Source of the DNA: Octopus bimaculoides
Taxonomy: Eukaryota
Reading direction: 5' to 3'
Assembly (NCBI RefSeq): GCF_001194135.2
Contig: NC_068988.1
Span: 41,906,670-41,970,264, forward strand
DNA length: 63,595 nucleotides
Shown here: positions 28,276 to 39,720 of the stretch, piece by piece
Numbering within the stretch: position 1 is the first letter of the stretch
Layout: each line of letters starts with the position of its first letter
Position numbers and translations under genes: made by a program
Notes under the pieces: generated by a model
What the model was told of the DNA's origin: nothing
The model's database searches: none
Seen by the model: only the letters and a program-made list of their open reading frames with translations

Positions 28276-29120
28276 CATAAGTGACTGCTGGTCCTCCACA
28301 AACAACCTTGCCAGAACTTGTGCCTTGGAGGGAAACTTTCTATGTGCAGTCCCATGGTTATTCATGACCGGAGGGGTGGTCATTATATTTTGCAGGCTTT
28401 ACTGCCGTACATCCTGGTACGGGATTATATATCATCTCAGGAAACTCTCCACACACGACATTTGTTATCTATATTACATCTATATTATAGACTTATATTA
28501 TATCTGTATTGTAGCGATGTTCTTTTTAGTGTATCACATGGCAATGGCCTGTTCCTGTATCATCAATGTTGATACTTCTTGCTCTATTCAGACAGAATTT
28601 GCTCAACCAAGCCAACGAGATAAAATTATATTTATGTATAGGCTATTCAGTTCACTAAAATATTAACCATTTAAAGGCTTGGATTAATGGCTGCTCACAA
28701 CCTTTAACCTATATACCGTAAGTATATAGGTTTTTTGCTGATTTTTTTAATTGCATGAAATAAACCAATTTATTATGAGAATTGTGTCGCTATGGGTGTA
28801 ATGGATTTGCTTACTTTTTTATTATTGTCAATAAAGGCATGTAGAAGGCTTTGCTGTGAGTTAGGGAAGGCAGTGGGTAAAATTAAAGACACCTTGTTAT
28901 ATTGCTCCCAAACGTTCAATAGTTCTACCACTCTCTCTTCTAGAGATGAACAGTCACTGAGCGTCGGACTTATTGTGACATATAGTACTTGTAATAGATT
29001 TCTCTGAAGTTTGTTCTGTTAGTCCCCAGTCAAATACCATAAAACCTATTGTAGCTGGCACTGCAAATATGAGAATACTCACTTAGATTTTAATATTTAC
29101 TATTTCATTCTCGACAGACA

Positions 29121-29124
<4 letters not shown>

Positions 29125-29216
<92 letters not shown>

Positions 29217-29230
29217 TCTTTCTTTCTTTC
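29125..29230. repeat. (CT)n microsatellite
   Basis: Direct reading. Confidence 0.95.
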
Positions 29231-29524
29231 TCCATACACACACGCTCGCGCGCGCATACACGCATACTCACACACACACACACAAACATGTGCTCGTACA
29301 CATGTCTAAGCCCAAATATTTCTAGCTTGCGGAATTTTCCAGCTCCCGTGTTATCACACATGGTGTTATTGAAAATACTACTGAAATATATCAGCGACAT
29401 CAAATACATAAAAATAAAGATCCACATCCGAACTTCTTGGACTATGGTGACTGGACAAGAAGTTGGTAGCGTCTTGCAGACTGTATCGTGTGTGTGTGTG
29501 TTTGTGTGTATATTTCTGTTTTAA

Positions 29525-29709
29525 TCTTTTCTACTATAGGCACAAGGCCTGAAATTTTGAGGGAGCGACTAATCGTATATTTCGACGTCAGTGTTTCACT
29601 GGTACTTACTTTATAAACCCCGAAAGGATGAAAAACGAAGTCGACCCCGGCGGACGAATCCGGCTGGGCATCGTGCCTGGCGTGCAAACGATTCGGTCAG
29701 CTCGCCGTC
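29525..29709 (-). mobile_element. SINE family A copy, internally deleted
   Basis: CTACTATAGGCACAAGGCCTGAAATTT...CCCGAAAGGATGAAA..AAGTCGACC...GCTCGCCGTC. Confidence 0.7.
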
Positions 29710-29768
29710 ACAGTTTTACATTAATCTGATGGGTTACTCTATACTTTTGGTATAGTACACATTTGTTA

Positions 29769-29863
29769 TTCTTAAACAAGAATATTGTTGATAATGACTT
29801 CGAAGTTTCGGCCAACTAAGTCGAAACTTCGAGGTCGCTATCAACAACATTCTTATTTAAGAA
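29769..29863. repeat. 95-nt hairpin (42-bp imperfect stem, 11-nt loop)
   Basis: TTCTTAAACAAGAATATTGTTGATAATGACTTCGAAGTTTCG pairs with CGAAACTTCGAGGTCGCTATCAACAACATTCTTATTTAAGAA. Confidence 0.85.
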
Positions 29864-30069
29864 AACTTATATATATCCTTTTTCTTTTATTCTTTTACTT
29901 GTTTCAGTCATTTGACTTCGACCATACTGGAGTACCACTTTTAGTCTAACAAATCGCCCCCAGGACTTATTCTTTGTAATACAGTTCTATATTTAAGAAA
30001 TGAGGAATTATGTACATAATTTACATTATTTACATTTTACGGATATTTGTCCTCATCTTGTTTGTTGTT

Positions 30070-30117
30070 CACACAACGTTTCGGCTGATATACACCTTCC
30101 AGCCTTCATCAGGTGTC
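30070..30117 (-). ncRNA. Minimal type-I hammerhead ribozyme
   Basis: GACAC-CTGATGA-A-GGCTG(gaaggtgtatat)CAGCC-GAAA-C-GTT|GTGTG. Stem III is the ACGT palindrome; predicted cleavage 30075/30074. Confidence 0.7.
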
Positions 30118-30204
30118 TTGGGAAATTTCGAACCTGGGTTCTCATTGCTACGATATCTTTCGATGTTGTTGTTGTTATTATCATTACTATTATCATTATT
30201 ATTC

Positions 30205-30283
30205 AGGTCACTGCTTGGAATCGAACTCGGAATCTTGAGGTTAGTAGCCCGCGCTCTTAACCACTACGCCATATGCCCGTGGG
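30205..30283 (-). promoter_or_regulatory. tRNA-like head / type-2 Pol III internal promoter
   Basis: TGGCGTAGTGG (A box) and GAGTTCGATTCC (B box) with tRNA-like spacing; not a full cloverleaf tRNA gene. Confidence 0.7.
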
Positions 30284-30313
30284 AATGAGAACCCAGGTTC
30301 GAAATTTCCCCAA

Positions 30314-30359
30314 GACACCTGATGACGGCTGGAGGGTATATCAGCCGAAACGTTGTGTT
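30314..30359 (+). ncRNA. Minimal type-I hammerhead ribozyme
   Basis: GACAC-CTGATGA-C-GGCTG(gagggtatat)CAGCC-GAAA-C-GTT|GTGTT. Stem I is GACAC/GTGTT; predicted cleavage after 30354. Confidence 0.7.
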
Positions 30360-30959
30360 AACAACAAAGAAGATGAGGACAAATATCTGTCAAATTTAAA
30401 TAATGTTATTCCTTGTAAGCCTAGTATTTATTCTATCGGTATCTTTTGCAGAACCGCTAAGTTACGGGGACATGAAAACACCAACATCGGTTGTCAAACG
30501 ATGGTGGAGGGACGGCCGGCCGTTGTACGTGTAACATCGTTATTCCTCCTTGTGCCTGTAAAATCTTGTATTCCTGCCATAAGGCCTTATTTCCACAAGG
30601 CCAGCTTAATTTAATTCGTCCTTAGTCGAAAGACATCTGTTGTTATGTCCTATTTTATTATTTTTATTGTATTTGGTTAACATTGTTCATTTTTTTCCGT
30701 CCTTGTTTTTGTATACATTCGCTGCTTTCTTCCAATGAATCTAATGCTCTTAGCTTAGTTGTTCCTTGGGGCTGGTCAGATTGGAGCAATATCGAGAATT
30801 ACCAGCCGAAATTGCATGGATAATCTGGATCTCGACTGAAGAGAGAAAACTCCGAATGACCTGTCCGGTTTTTTTTTTTGTATCGTCTATCTGTATGTTT
30901 TGTCCCTTTCTTGTATCACCTAACTGTATGGATGTTTTGCATCCTTGTCCCACTTTGTA

Positions 30960-31138
30960 TTATATATATAAACACGACGGAATTCTTTCAATTTCCATCT
31001 ACCAAATACACTCAGAAGGCTCTAGTCGGCCCGAGGCTATAGTAGGAGACAATTTCCCAAGGTGCCACGTAGTAGGACTGAACTCGTAACCATGTGGTTG
31101 GGATACAACCTTTTTACCACACAGCCACTTCTGCGCCT
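30960..31138 (-). mobile_element. SINE family B 5' half
   Basis: Homologous to 24250-24422; further family B fragments at about 29880-29980 and 30410-30510. Confidence 0.75.
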
Positions 31139-32944
31139 ATAAAAACACGCTTTGCAAGAGGCTATTGTAACAAAGACTCAAGCAAGACGTCTGTAACCAC
31201 ATAGTTTCAAATGAACTTCTTAATTTCACAATCATATCTGCATGCATTACGTTATGCCTTTCGGATAGATATATACCGAGATAGAATCTGTACAAACGGA
31301 ATGAAAACCACATCATCATTGCGTCTGAGAGAATGCTAATTAGAGGAAAATTGTTACGTAAGAATATTTTGGTATCAATTTAAATGATTTTTGGCAAAAA
31401 TATCTTCAATGCAGAAACAGCGTCCATGTAATATAGAAATATAATTTGGAACTACAACAAGTAATTACTATACATACGAATATATGTGCATGTTTATGTG
31501 TGCGTATGAATATATATTTAATTATTCTACTATATATGTATGTATGTATGCATGTGTAAGGAGAGAAAGAGAGCAAGCGAGTATGGGAAAGAAGGCTACA
31601 CACGTACATAGTAACATATTTACTCCTATGTAGCCATATTTGCATGTGTAAACATTAATACATGTTTGTGTGCATGTGTATATATAAATAGATATAGACA
31701 TATATGTATATATGCATGTATGTATATGTATATATATATTATGTTTATGTATGCATGTATATATATATATATGTATATATATGAGTGTGCAAGCACATAT
31801 ATAAGCAAGTATATGGCGAGATGAGAGAGGTGAGAAGTAGAGATATGAATAGGAATAGTATATGTTACTTGTGCAACAGAGTTAAGCAAAAAGAGAGATT
31901 CTTAGATAGACATACCGACTGGGCGTGTGTATGTACATCATATATATATAAATATACATCATATATATGTATACACATGTATGTGAGCGTCATAGTGCAT
32001 GTGAGAGAGGTGTATATTCATCACAGCTACGTTTCACGAAACTTTTAAATACTTTCTGAATGTCCCTAATTGACATTATTTCCTGCATGTAGCCCATCGT
32101 CATTAATTTAATCGATCCTGCTATGTTATTTGGTGTTATAATTATAACCTACCACTATTCTTAAGATCTCTATCGGCTCGGTGAATGTATATTATTGTAA
32201 TGTATACCTGCCTCTGGTATATATAACTATGTAGGATGTGTTTATGGATGAGTATGCGTGTATGGGAATATCTATGCATATGTGAATAAGTCTGTCTATA
32301 AGTGTGTGTCTGTCAGTGTTTGCATGTGTGTATGTGTGTGAACATGTCGGTGTGGGTGTGTGCTCGCGCACGTGTGTGATGAAAAGCCTCTTCATGTATG
32401 CAAACAGGAGCCGAGTTATGCTGCTATTAACAAGTTTCGTGCATGCGCAAGTGAATCTATATTTGTAATTTTGTTGTCGCTTTTTGCACTTACCATTCAT
32501 TTTATTAATCTAAGAACAGCAAAAACGACAAAAACAGCGACGACGACAACAACATAAACAATAATAATAACAATGATAATAATAATTTTTTCCGCCTAGG
32601 TCGGCTTAGTCTTTCATCTTTTCAGGGTGGATTACATTAGGACTGTTAGTTTATTTTATTGACCTTGAAAGGATGAAAGGCAAAGTCAACCTCTGTGGTA
32701 TTGGAACTCAGAAAGTAAAGAGTTGTCTATGAGGCCAAAAGCCTCATATAAACAGCGAGGCGAGGTGAAAGCATTTAAGAAGGGATGATACTGCTGTTAA
32801 TTCTGAATTGTAATGAATCATCACATTATTTGCTGCCAACTAAATAGGGTGAAATACATCTGACCAGCTGCCCAAATTCTTCTTTGAGAATTCCTGATGT
32901 ATGACAGAAGAAAGTCAATGACTTATGTTGCTTACACCTCCTAG

Positions 32945-33185
32945 AGTCATGATGGAGGCGCGTGGTTTAATGGTTAGGGTGTTGAACATGATCGTAATAT
33001 TGTGATTTTGATTCATGGACCGGGCAACGTGTTGTGTTCTTGACCAAACACTTCAGTCCACTTAGCTGGCAAAAATGAGTAATCCTGCAACGGACCGGCT
33101 TCTTGTCCAGGTGGAGAATATATACGACATAGAAACTGGGAAACTGGCCCTTATGAATCAATATGACTCGAGGAGGAAACTTTTA
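32945..33185 (+). mobile_element. tRNA-derived SINE (alternative tail)
   Basis: GGAGGCGCGTGGTTTAATGGTTAGGG head, then GTGTTGTGTTCTTGACCAAACAC..CAGTCCACTTAGCTGGCAAAAATGAG; the tail differs from 21420. Confidence 0.7.
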
Positions 33186-33339
33186 CCTAGAGTTACCGTA
33201 TCTCTTTCCAACAGAACCGAAACCCATAGCCCTTGTTTCTTTTTTTTTATAAATTAATGCATATATATGTCGTGAAGTCTCATACCAGACACGATAGGTC
33301 AGCGCTCAGCAATTTATTCTGAACAATCCTAACAGATGA

Positions 33340-33570
33340 TTTGTTTATAGTGATCAAATACTTATGCTACGCATTTGCTCACTCCCTTCATAAAATCGAT
33401 ATTGCCTGCAGAGGTGCACGATGTGTCAGACGACAGATGTCGAAGTGATCGCAGAACAACGTGAGATTAAGTGTTTTGTTGAAGAACACAACGCATCACG
33501 TGGTCCGGAAATCGAAACCACGATCTCGTGATCGTAAAGGCAACACCCTGATTACTAGACTACTCACCCT
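33340..33570 (-). mobile_element. tRNA-derived SINE homologous to 900-1110 and 6424-6645
   Basis: Shares ATTTGATCACTATAAACAAATCATCT with 6568-6593; head with GGTTTCGATTTCC. Confidence 0.7.
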
Positions 33571-35212
33571 CAGAAATACACGCACAAATACACACACACA
33601 CACACACTACACTCTCAATCATCCAACAATAAAAACTATCTACCATGTAACACAGTCATCTCTCTTATTCTCTCTTTCTCTCTCTATACTTTCTCACACA
33701 CACACACGCGCGCGCGCGCGCGCACATACACACATCGTTCTTTCATCCTCTGTATCTCTGCACTCAACCATAATTCTGTCATTGCTGACCGCATTACCTC
33801 ACGATAAAAGAGCAATAAAACGTATACAGCAATCTACCGCAAATAATGATGCAATTATATGTGCATGTGTTATTATGTGTGTTCATGTATGTGCTTGTGT
33901 GATAGCCCACACACAATTTGATCAAAGATTTATAGCTCGCTTTTCTTCTTGTAAACGAGCATTTTGTATACATGTATGTGCATATATATGACAATACATA
34001 ATATATAGATATATATGCGCAGATGGGGTTGTGTGTTTGTGCATCAGTGTTGTCGGAGCATGTGTGTGTGTGTGTGTATGTGCGTGTGCGTATAGATATA
34101 ACTGTATATTAATGTATGTGTCAGTATGACTACATTTCATGCGAACATATTTACAAACACATTTATATATGAGTGAATGTCTATATAAATATGTATGTGG
34201 GTTTATGTATATTTTAGAACGTGTGTCTACTGATGAGAAATAAAAAGACAAACAAGATACTTAATGAGGGAAAGAAATTGAAAGCCAAAAAGGGAAGGAG
34301 AGACAGAGAGAGAGTTACGACAGCAATGAAAGAGAGGTATGAAACGAGAGATGAAATTGTGGTACAGAATTTGTGAGATTTGAAAACGAGGCTAAGAGCG
34401 AAACAGAGATATAGAGAGATTAACATATACGCAGAAAAGTGTGGTGAGAGAGAGAAAGGTGGAGGAGAGAAATGGCGAGGAAGAGAGCAATTACAAGCAC
34501 ATAGATGGAAAGGTAGTGAAGAGAATGAAACAGCATATCTGAACCATATCATTACAAATCTCGAGTAAATGTGATTAGTCGCTACTTCTCGTTTAAATCT
34601 ACTATTATCGATCGATTAATCTTTCTGTCTTCAGATACCTCTAAATGACGTCATTGTCTGTAAAATGGACAATCCATTTTGTCATATTAGTTCAATAGAA
34701 AATATTCCGCGCATTAATAATTTTATGTCTCTATGCTTCCTTTGACATAAGGAACTAAGGTTTTAAATCTAAAATTATTTAACTGTGACATTACTAATGT
34801 ACAAGAAGCTAACGAGCTACAAACACGGCGGAATTTAATCCGCGGTGTCATTGACAGTTCACCACGAACTTACCTACATAATTGCTCGATCTACCAGAAA
34901 TAACGGCCAAATTTTTCTCCAGCCGCCTTTCAAATAAAAAAAATATAAACATTTAATTTTCTCTTTACCTATGTTTTTTTCTAGCAGCCTTCGACTCTCC
35001 AAGACAAACAAAAGTTGCATTGATATCACACATCACAAAAGACGCCATTTTTTTCAGACCAAACCATTAAAAACTAATAATAATTAGACTATGTATGAAA
35101 AAAAACCAAGATGGTTTTAACTGAAATATCTTTGGTAATAAATCGGTTGTAACAAGGACAATTTGGATCTACATAACAACAGCAATAATAATAAACTGAT
35201 TTGCAATTTTTA

Positions 35213-36320
35213 TCTTTTACTTGTTTCAGTCATTAAACTACGGCGATGCTGGGGCACCGCCTTGAAGAATTTTTGTCGATTCAATAGACCCCAGTACCCT
35301 TTTTGTCTTTTAAGCCAGGTATTAATTTCGATCGGTATCTTTTGCCTAATCGCCAAGTTACAGGGACCAAAACACAACAGCAACGGTTCTCAAGCGATGT
35401 GGGGGAGTGACAGACACATACACACGCACAAACATATATGTATATATATGTATATTCTTTTACTCTTTTACTTGTTTCAGTCATTTGACTGTGGCCATGC
35501 TGGAGCACCGCCTTTAGTCGAGCAAATCAGACACACACACATACATATATATGTATATACATATATACGACGGGCTTCTTTCAGTTTCTGTCTACCAAAT
35601 CCACTCACGAGGCTTTGGTCGGCTCGAGGCTATAGTTGAAGACACTTGCCCAAGGTGCCACGCAGTGGGACTGAACCCGGAACCATGTGGTTGGTAAGCA
35701 AGCTACTTACCACACAGCCACTCCTACACCTATTACTATATATATATATATATANNNNNNNNNNNNNNNNNNNNNNNNNNNNNNNNNNNNNNNNNNNNNN
35801 NNNNNNNNNNNNNNNNNNNNNNNNNNNNNNNNNNNNNNNNNNNNNNNNNNNNNNNNNNNNNNNNNNNNNNNNNNNNNNNNNNNNNNNNNNNNNNNNNNNN
35901 NNNNNNNNNNNNNNNNNNNNNNNNNNNNNNNNNNNNNNNNNNNNNNNNNNNNNNNNNNNNNNNNNNNNNNNNNNNNNNNNNNNNNNNNNNNNNNNNNNNN
36001 NNNNNNNNNNNNNNNNNNNNNNNNNNNNNNNNNNNNNNNNNNNNNNGTATATATATGTATATTCTTTTACTCTTTTACTTGTTTCAGTCATTTGACTGTG
36101 GCCATGCTGGAGCACCGCCTTTAGTCGAGCAAATCAGACACACACACATACATATATATGTATATACATATATACGACGGGCTTCTTTCAGTTTCTGTCT
36201 ACCAAATCCACTCACAATGCTTTGGTCATCCCGAAGCTATAGTGGAAGATGCAGTGGGACTGAATCTGAACCATGTTGTTGGGAAAAAAGTTTCTTACCA
36301 TACAGCCACGCTTGCGATTT
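35213..36320 (-). mobile_element. Cluster of nested/tandem family B SINEs spanning a gap
   Basis: A 3' half (35213-35440), an internally deleted copy (35452-35730) and another copy (36047-36320). Confidence 0.8.
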
Positions 36321-36855
36321 CTTATTTAAATTTAAGACAGTAAATGCAGAAAAGCACTTAAAGTTCATGTCTTTAATCCAAAGTTTTGATGGCATAATCT
36401 GAAAGGATATTACTCCAGCTGACTATCGCAAATTATTCGCAATCTCTACTCCTTGTCTCTCTAATAATAATTATGATGTCTGACCTGGACACACGATCAA
36501 AAACACTATCTGTTAAAAGTATAGTCGAATGAGTTGACCTATATCTTGACTGCTTATTTTATCCGAAATTTGACTTCGGAGAAATTTGAACACAAGACGT
36601 TGTCTAACGAGATTAGATATAATGCCAGCAAAGAAGGGAAATTTATGCCGTAAATCAGCACGCTAGAAATAAAATCAAAACTATAACCTTAAGTAAAGCC
36701 ACATTGGATACGTGGGGAAAAAATACGTGATTGTCATGGCTAGAACACTTATGATTATAGATCTACTGAAATGGGGCTAACCTGCGGTTAAACATCAACT
36801 AAATACAATAAAGCAATTTTGAATATTAAGAATATATAAATTTCATATAATAATA

Positions 36856-37025
36856 TACGAGGGAGTGCTGAAAAGTTCTCGGTTTTAAGGGCTTAGAAAA
36901 ACTGATGGACCGCTGCAATAAGTGTATGAATCTGAGAGGGGAATATGTTGAATAATATCATAATTAACTGATCCTCCTGTATCCTCTTTTGTCCAAGGTC
37001 AGGAACTTTTCATCACCTCTTCGTA
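36856..37025. mobile_element. Mariner-derived MITE (same family as 26600, opposite orientation)
   Basis: TA|CGAGGGAGTGCTGAAAAGTTC...GAACTTTTTCATCACCTCTTCG|TA. The interior encodes RCNKCMNLRGEYVE*, a mariner transposase C-terminus. Confidence 0.85.
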
Positions 37026-37049
37026 TATTTATACTTGTCATGTGGAGGC

Positions 37050-37563
37050 GCTTGACTTAATGGTGTCATTTGAAGCTCGTTCAGTTCGTGTGGTACCCAT
37101 TTGTCCAGCTTTTTCACCTTGCCGATTTGTTTGAGATGGTCCAATACAGTTGGAATCGAAACATCAAACCTTGCTGCTAACTCACGCGTAGTTTGAGATG
37201 CTTCTGCTTCCACAACAGTTTTCAGCTCATCTTTATCCACCTTTATCCATCATTATCTCAAATCTATCGCAGAGCTTATTTACAAGAGTAAAGTCACCAG
37301 ACTGGACCTCCTCAAACCATGGACGAACAGTGCGCTCATTCACCACAACTTCACCAAACATTGATGTTTCGAGCCGTCTGAGATGTGTTTGTTCCAAGAC
37401 GGAACTCATATTCATAAACATCACGAATTCTTGATCTATCGATGGGTTCACAAAAACTGATCCACACACCTGTTCTTGTTTCATAAAGACTCAGTCCGAA
37501 ATGTTTAATTCTTCTTCCCTCAACATGTTACACGAACTTAAGTAATTTTGCGCTCGACCAATA
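37050..37563 (-). mobile_element. Mariner transposase 5' half (HTH to WVPHEL), pseudogene
   Basis: VNERTVRPWFEEVQSGDF..DKDELKTVVEAEASQTTRELAARFDVSIPTVLDHLKQIGKVKKLDKWVPHEL; frameshifted. Confidence 0.9.
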
Positions 37564-37668
37564 AATAGAAATTTTGTCGGCCATGGCTAGCACTAGGCTC
37601 CCTGAATTTTGATGGTTTTTCAATACACACACTCACACACAAACACACACACATACATATATATATAT

Positions 37669-37835
37669 GGCGCAAGAATGCTTGTATGGTAAGAAGCTTA
37701 CTTCCCAACTACATGGTTCCAGGTACAGTTCCATTGCGTAAACACTTGGATAGGTGTCTTCTACTAAAGCTTCGGGTTCACCAAAGCCTTGTGAGTGGAT
37801 TTGATAAACGGAAATTGAAAGAAGCCCATCATATA
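37669..37835 (+). mobile_element. SINE family B 5' half
   Basis: GGCGCAAGAATG..GTATGGTAAGAAGCTTACTTCCCAACTACATGGTTCC..GAAAGAAGCCC, ending in the microsatellite and gap. Confidence 0.75.
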
Positions 37836-37841
37836 TGTACA

Positions 37842-37912
<71 letters not shown>

Positions 37913-39399
37913 NNNNNNNNNNNNNNNNNNNNNNNNNNNNNNNNNNNNNNNNNNNNNNNNNNNNNNNNNNNNNNNNNNNNNNNNNNNNNNNNNNNNNNNN
38001 NNNNNNNNNNNNNNNNNNNNNNNNNNNNNNNNNNNNNNNNNNNNNNNNNNNNNNNNNNNNNNNNNNNNNNNNNNNNNNNNNNNNNNNNNNNNNNNNNNNN
38101 NNNNNNNNNNNNNNNNNNNNNNNNNNNNNNNNNNNNNNNNNNNNNNNNNNNNNNNNNNNNNNNNNNNNNNNNNNNNNNNNNNNNNNNNNNNNNNNNNNNN
38201 NNNNNNNNNNNNNNNNNNNNNNNNNNNNNNNNNNNNNNNNNNNNNNNNNNNNNNNNNNNNNNNNNNNNNNNNNNNNNNNNNNNNNNNNNNNNNNNNNNNN
38301 NNNNNNNNNNNNNNNNNNNNNNNNNNNNNNNNNNNNNNNNNNNNNNNNNNNNNNNNNNNNNNNNNNNNNNNNNNNNNNNNNNNNNNNNNNNNNNNNNNNN
38401 NNNNNNNNNNNNNNNNNNNNNNNNNNNNNNNNNNNNNNNNNNNNNNNNNNNNNNNNNNNNNNNNNNNNNNNNNNNNNNNNNNNNNNNNNNNNNNNNNNNN
38501 NNNNNNNNNNNNNNNNNNNNNNNNNNNNNNNNNNNNNNNNNNNNNNNNNNNNNNNNNNNNNNNNNNNNNNNNNNNNNNNNNNNNNNNNNNNNNNNNNNNN
38601 NNNNNNNNNNNNNNNNNNNNNNNNNNNNNNNNNNNNNNNNNNNNNNNNNNNNNNNNNNNNNNNNNNNNNNNNNNNNNNNNNNNNNNNNNNNNNNNNNNNN
38701 NNNNNNNNNNNNNNNNNNNNNNNNNNNNNNNNNNNNNNNNNNNNNNNNNNNNNNNNNNNNNNNNNNNGGCGGTGCTGGTGGTGGTAGTGGTGGTGGTGGT
38801 GGTGGTAGTGGTGGTGGTGGTGATCGTCGTTCCTGCGTAATCTGCATCATCTCTGATCGAGCAGTCCTATAAAAAAATCTATTCCAACCGCGAACCCCCT
38901 GTCTTTTTCCTATGTACCGAAAACCCAGCAACACATTATCCAAAGTATCCTTTTTATAAACGCTGGAGGTATGGTTTAAGGAACACTTAACTCTATTTTC
39001 TGGCAGACCAATTGAACATTAAGCAATACTCAATGGTGTTATTGATCGAACGGCCCTGTAATTTTATGTCGGACTACGTTATCTAATGTATCTATTCCTT
39101 TTTTAAACTAACAATGTTGAAGTTGAGCGGGATTTGGCTGCTACTCTTTGCATGTATTGGTGATAATGATATTGTTATCAGTCCTGCTTTTGCTGCATCG
39201 TCTTCATTCGCGATGAAATTGTTGTCAGTGGAAATGATATCATTGGAATCGCTGTTGTTCTTGTTCTTGTTCTCGTTGCTGCTGTTGCTGTTGCTATTGT
39301 TTCTGCGGCTTTCTGGTCAGTATTCGATTCTCAGCTGCTTATAAAAACAGTATTCTAGTCATGACATATCTGTTTTCACACTTAATATTATATATATGT

Positions 39400-39720
39400 T
39401 TCGTCTGCCGTTACATTCTGAGTTCAAATTCCGCCGAGGTCGACTTTGCCTTTCATTCTTTCGAGGTCGATTAAATAAGTACCAGTTACGCACTGGGGTC
39501 GATGTAGTCGACTTAATCCCTTTGTCTGTCTTTGTTTGTCCCCTCTATGTTTAGCCCCCTGTGGGCGATAAAGAAATAAATAATATATATGCGTAATTCC
39601 AACAAGGTCGACTTTACCTTTCCTCCTTTCACGGGTCGATCAAATAAGTACCAGTCGAGCACTTGGGTAGATGTAACTTCCCATCCCCCGAGCTTGCTGG
39701 CCTTGTGTCAAAATTCCACA
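39400..39720 (+). mobile_element. Two adjacent SINE family A fragments with different tails
   Basis: GAGTTCAAATTCCGCCGAGGTCGACTTTGCCTTTCAT...CCCCTGTGGGCGATAAAGAAATA, then GTCGACTTTACCTTTC...GGCCTTGTGTCAAAATT. Confidence 0.75.

Larger units (their letters stand above)
30023..30406. mobile_element. Fold-back element: two ~124-bp inverted arms (30023-30146, 30284-30406), each with a hammerhead, enclosing a tRNA-like head
   Basis: The arms are reverse complements (e.g. AATGAGAACCCAGGTTCGAAATTTCCC). The interior minus strand carries A and B boxes and an (AAT/AAC)n linker. Confidence 0.85.

Noticed and set aside
30205-30283. Functional tRNA gene
   Set aside because: A and B boxes are present, but no convincing acceptor stem or cloverleaf; treated as a SINE-type head.
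37633-38943. Longest ORFs in the track (300-436 aa)
   Set aside because: They consist almost entirely of N-gap and microsatellite.
39110-39345. Hydrophobic 76-aa ORF as a membrane peptide
   Set aside because: It derives from degenerate (TGT/TGC/TTC)n repeats.
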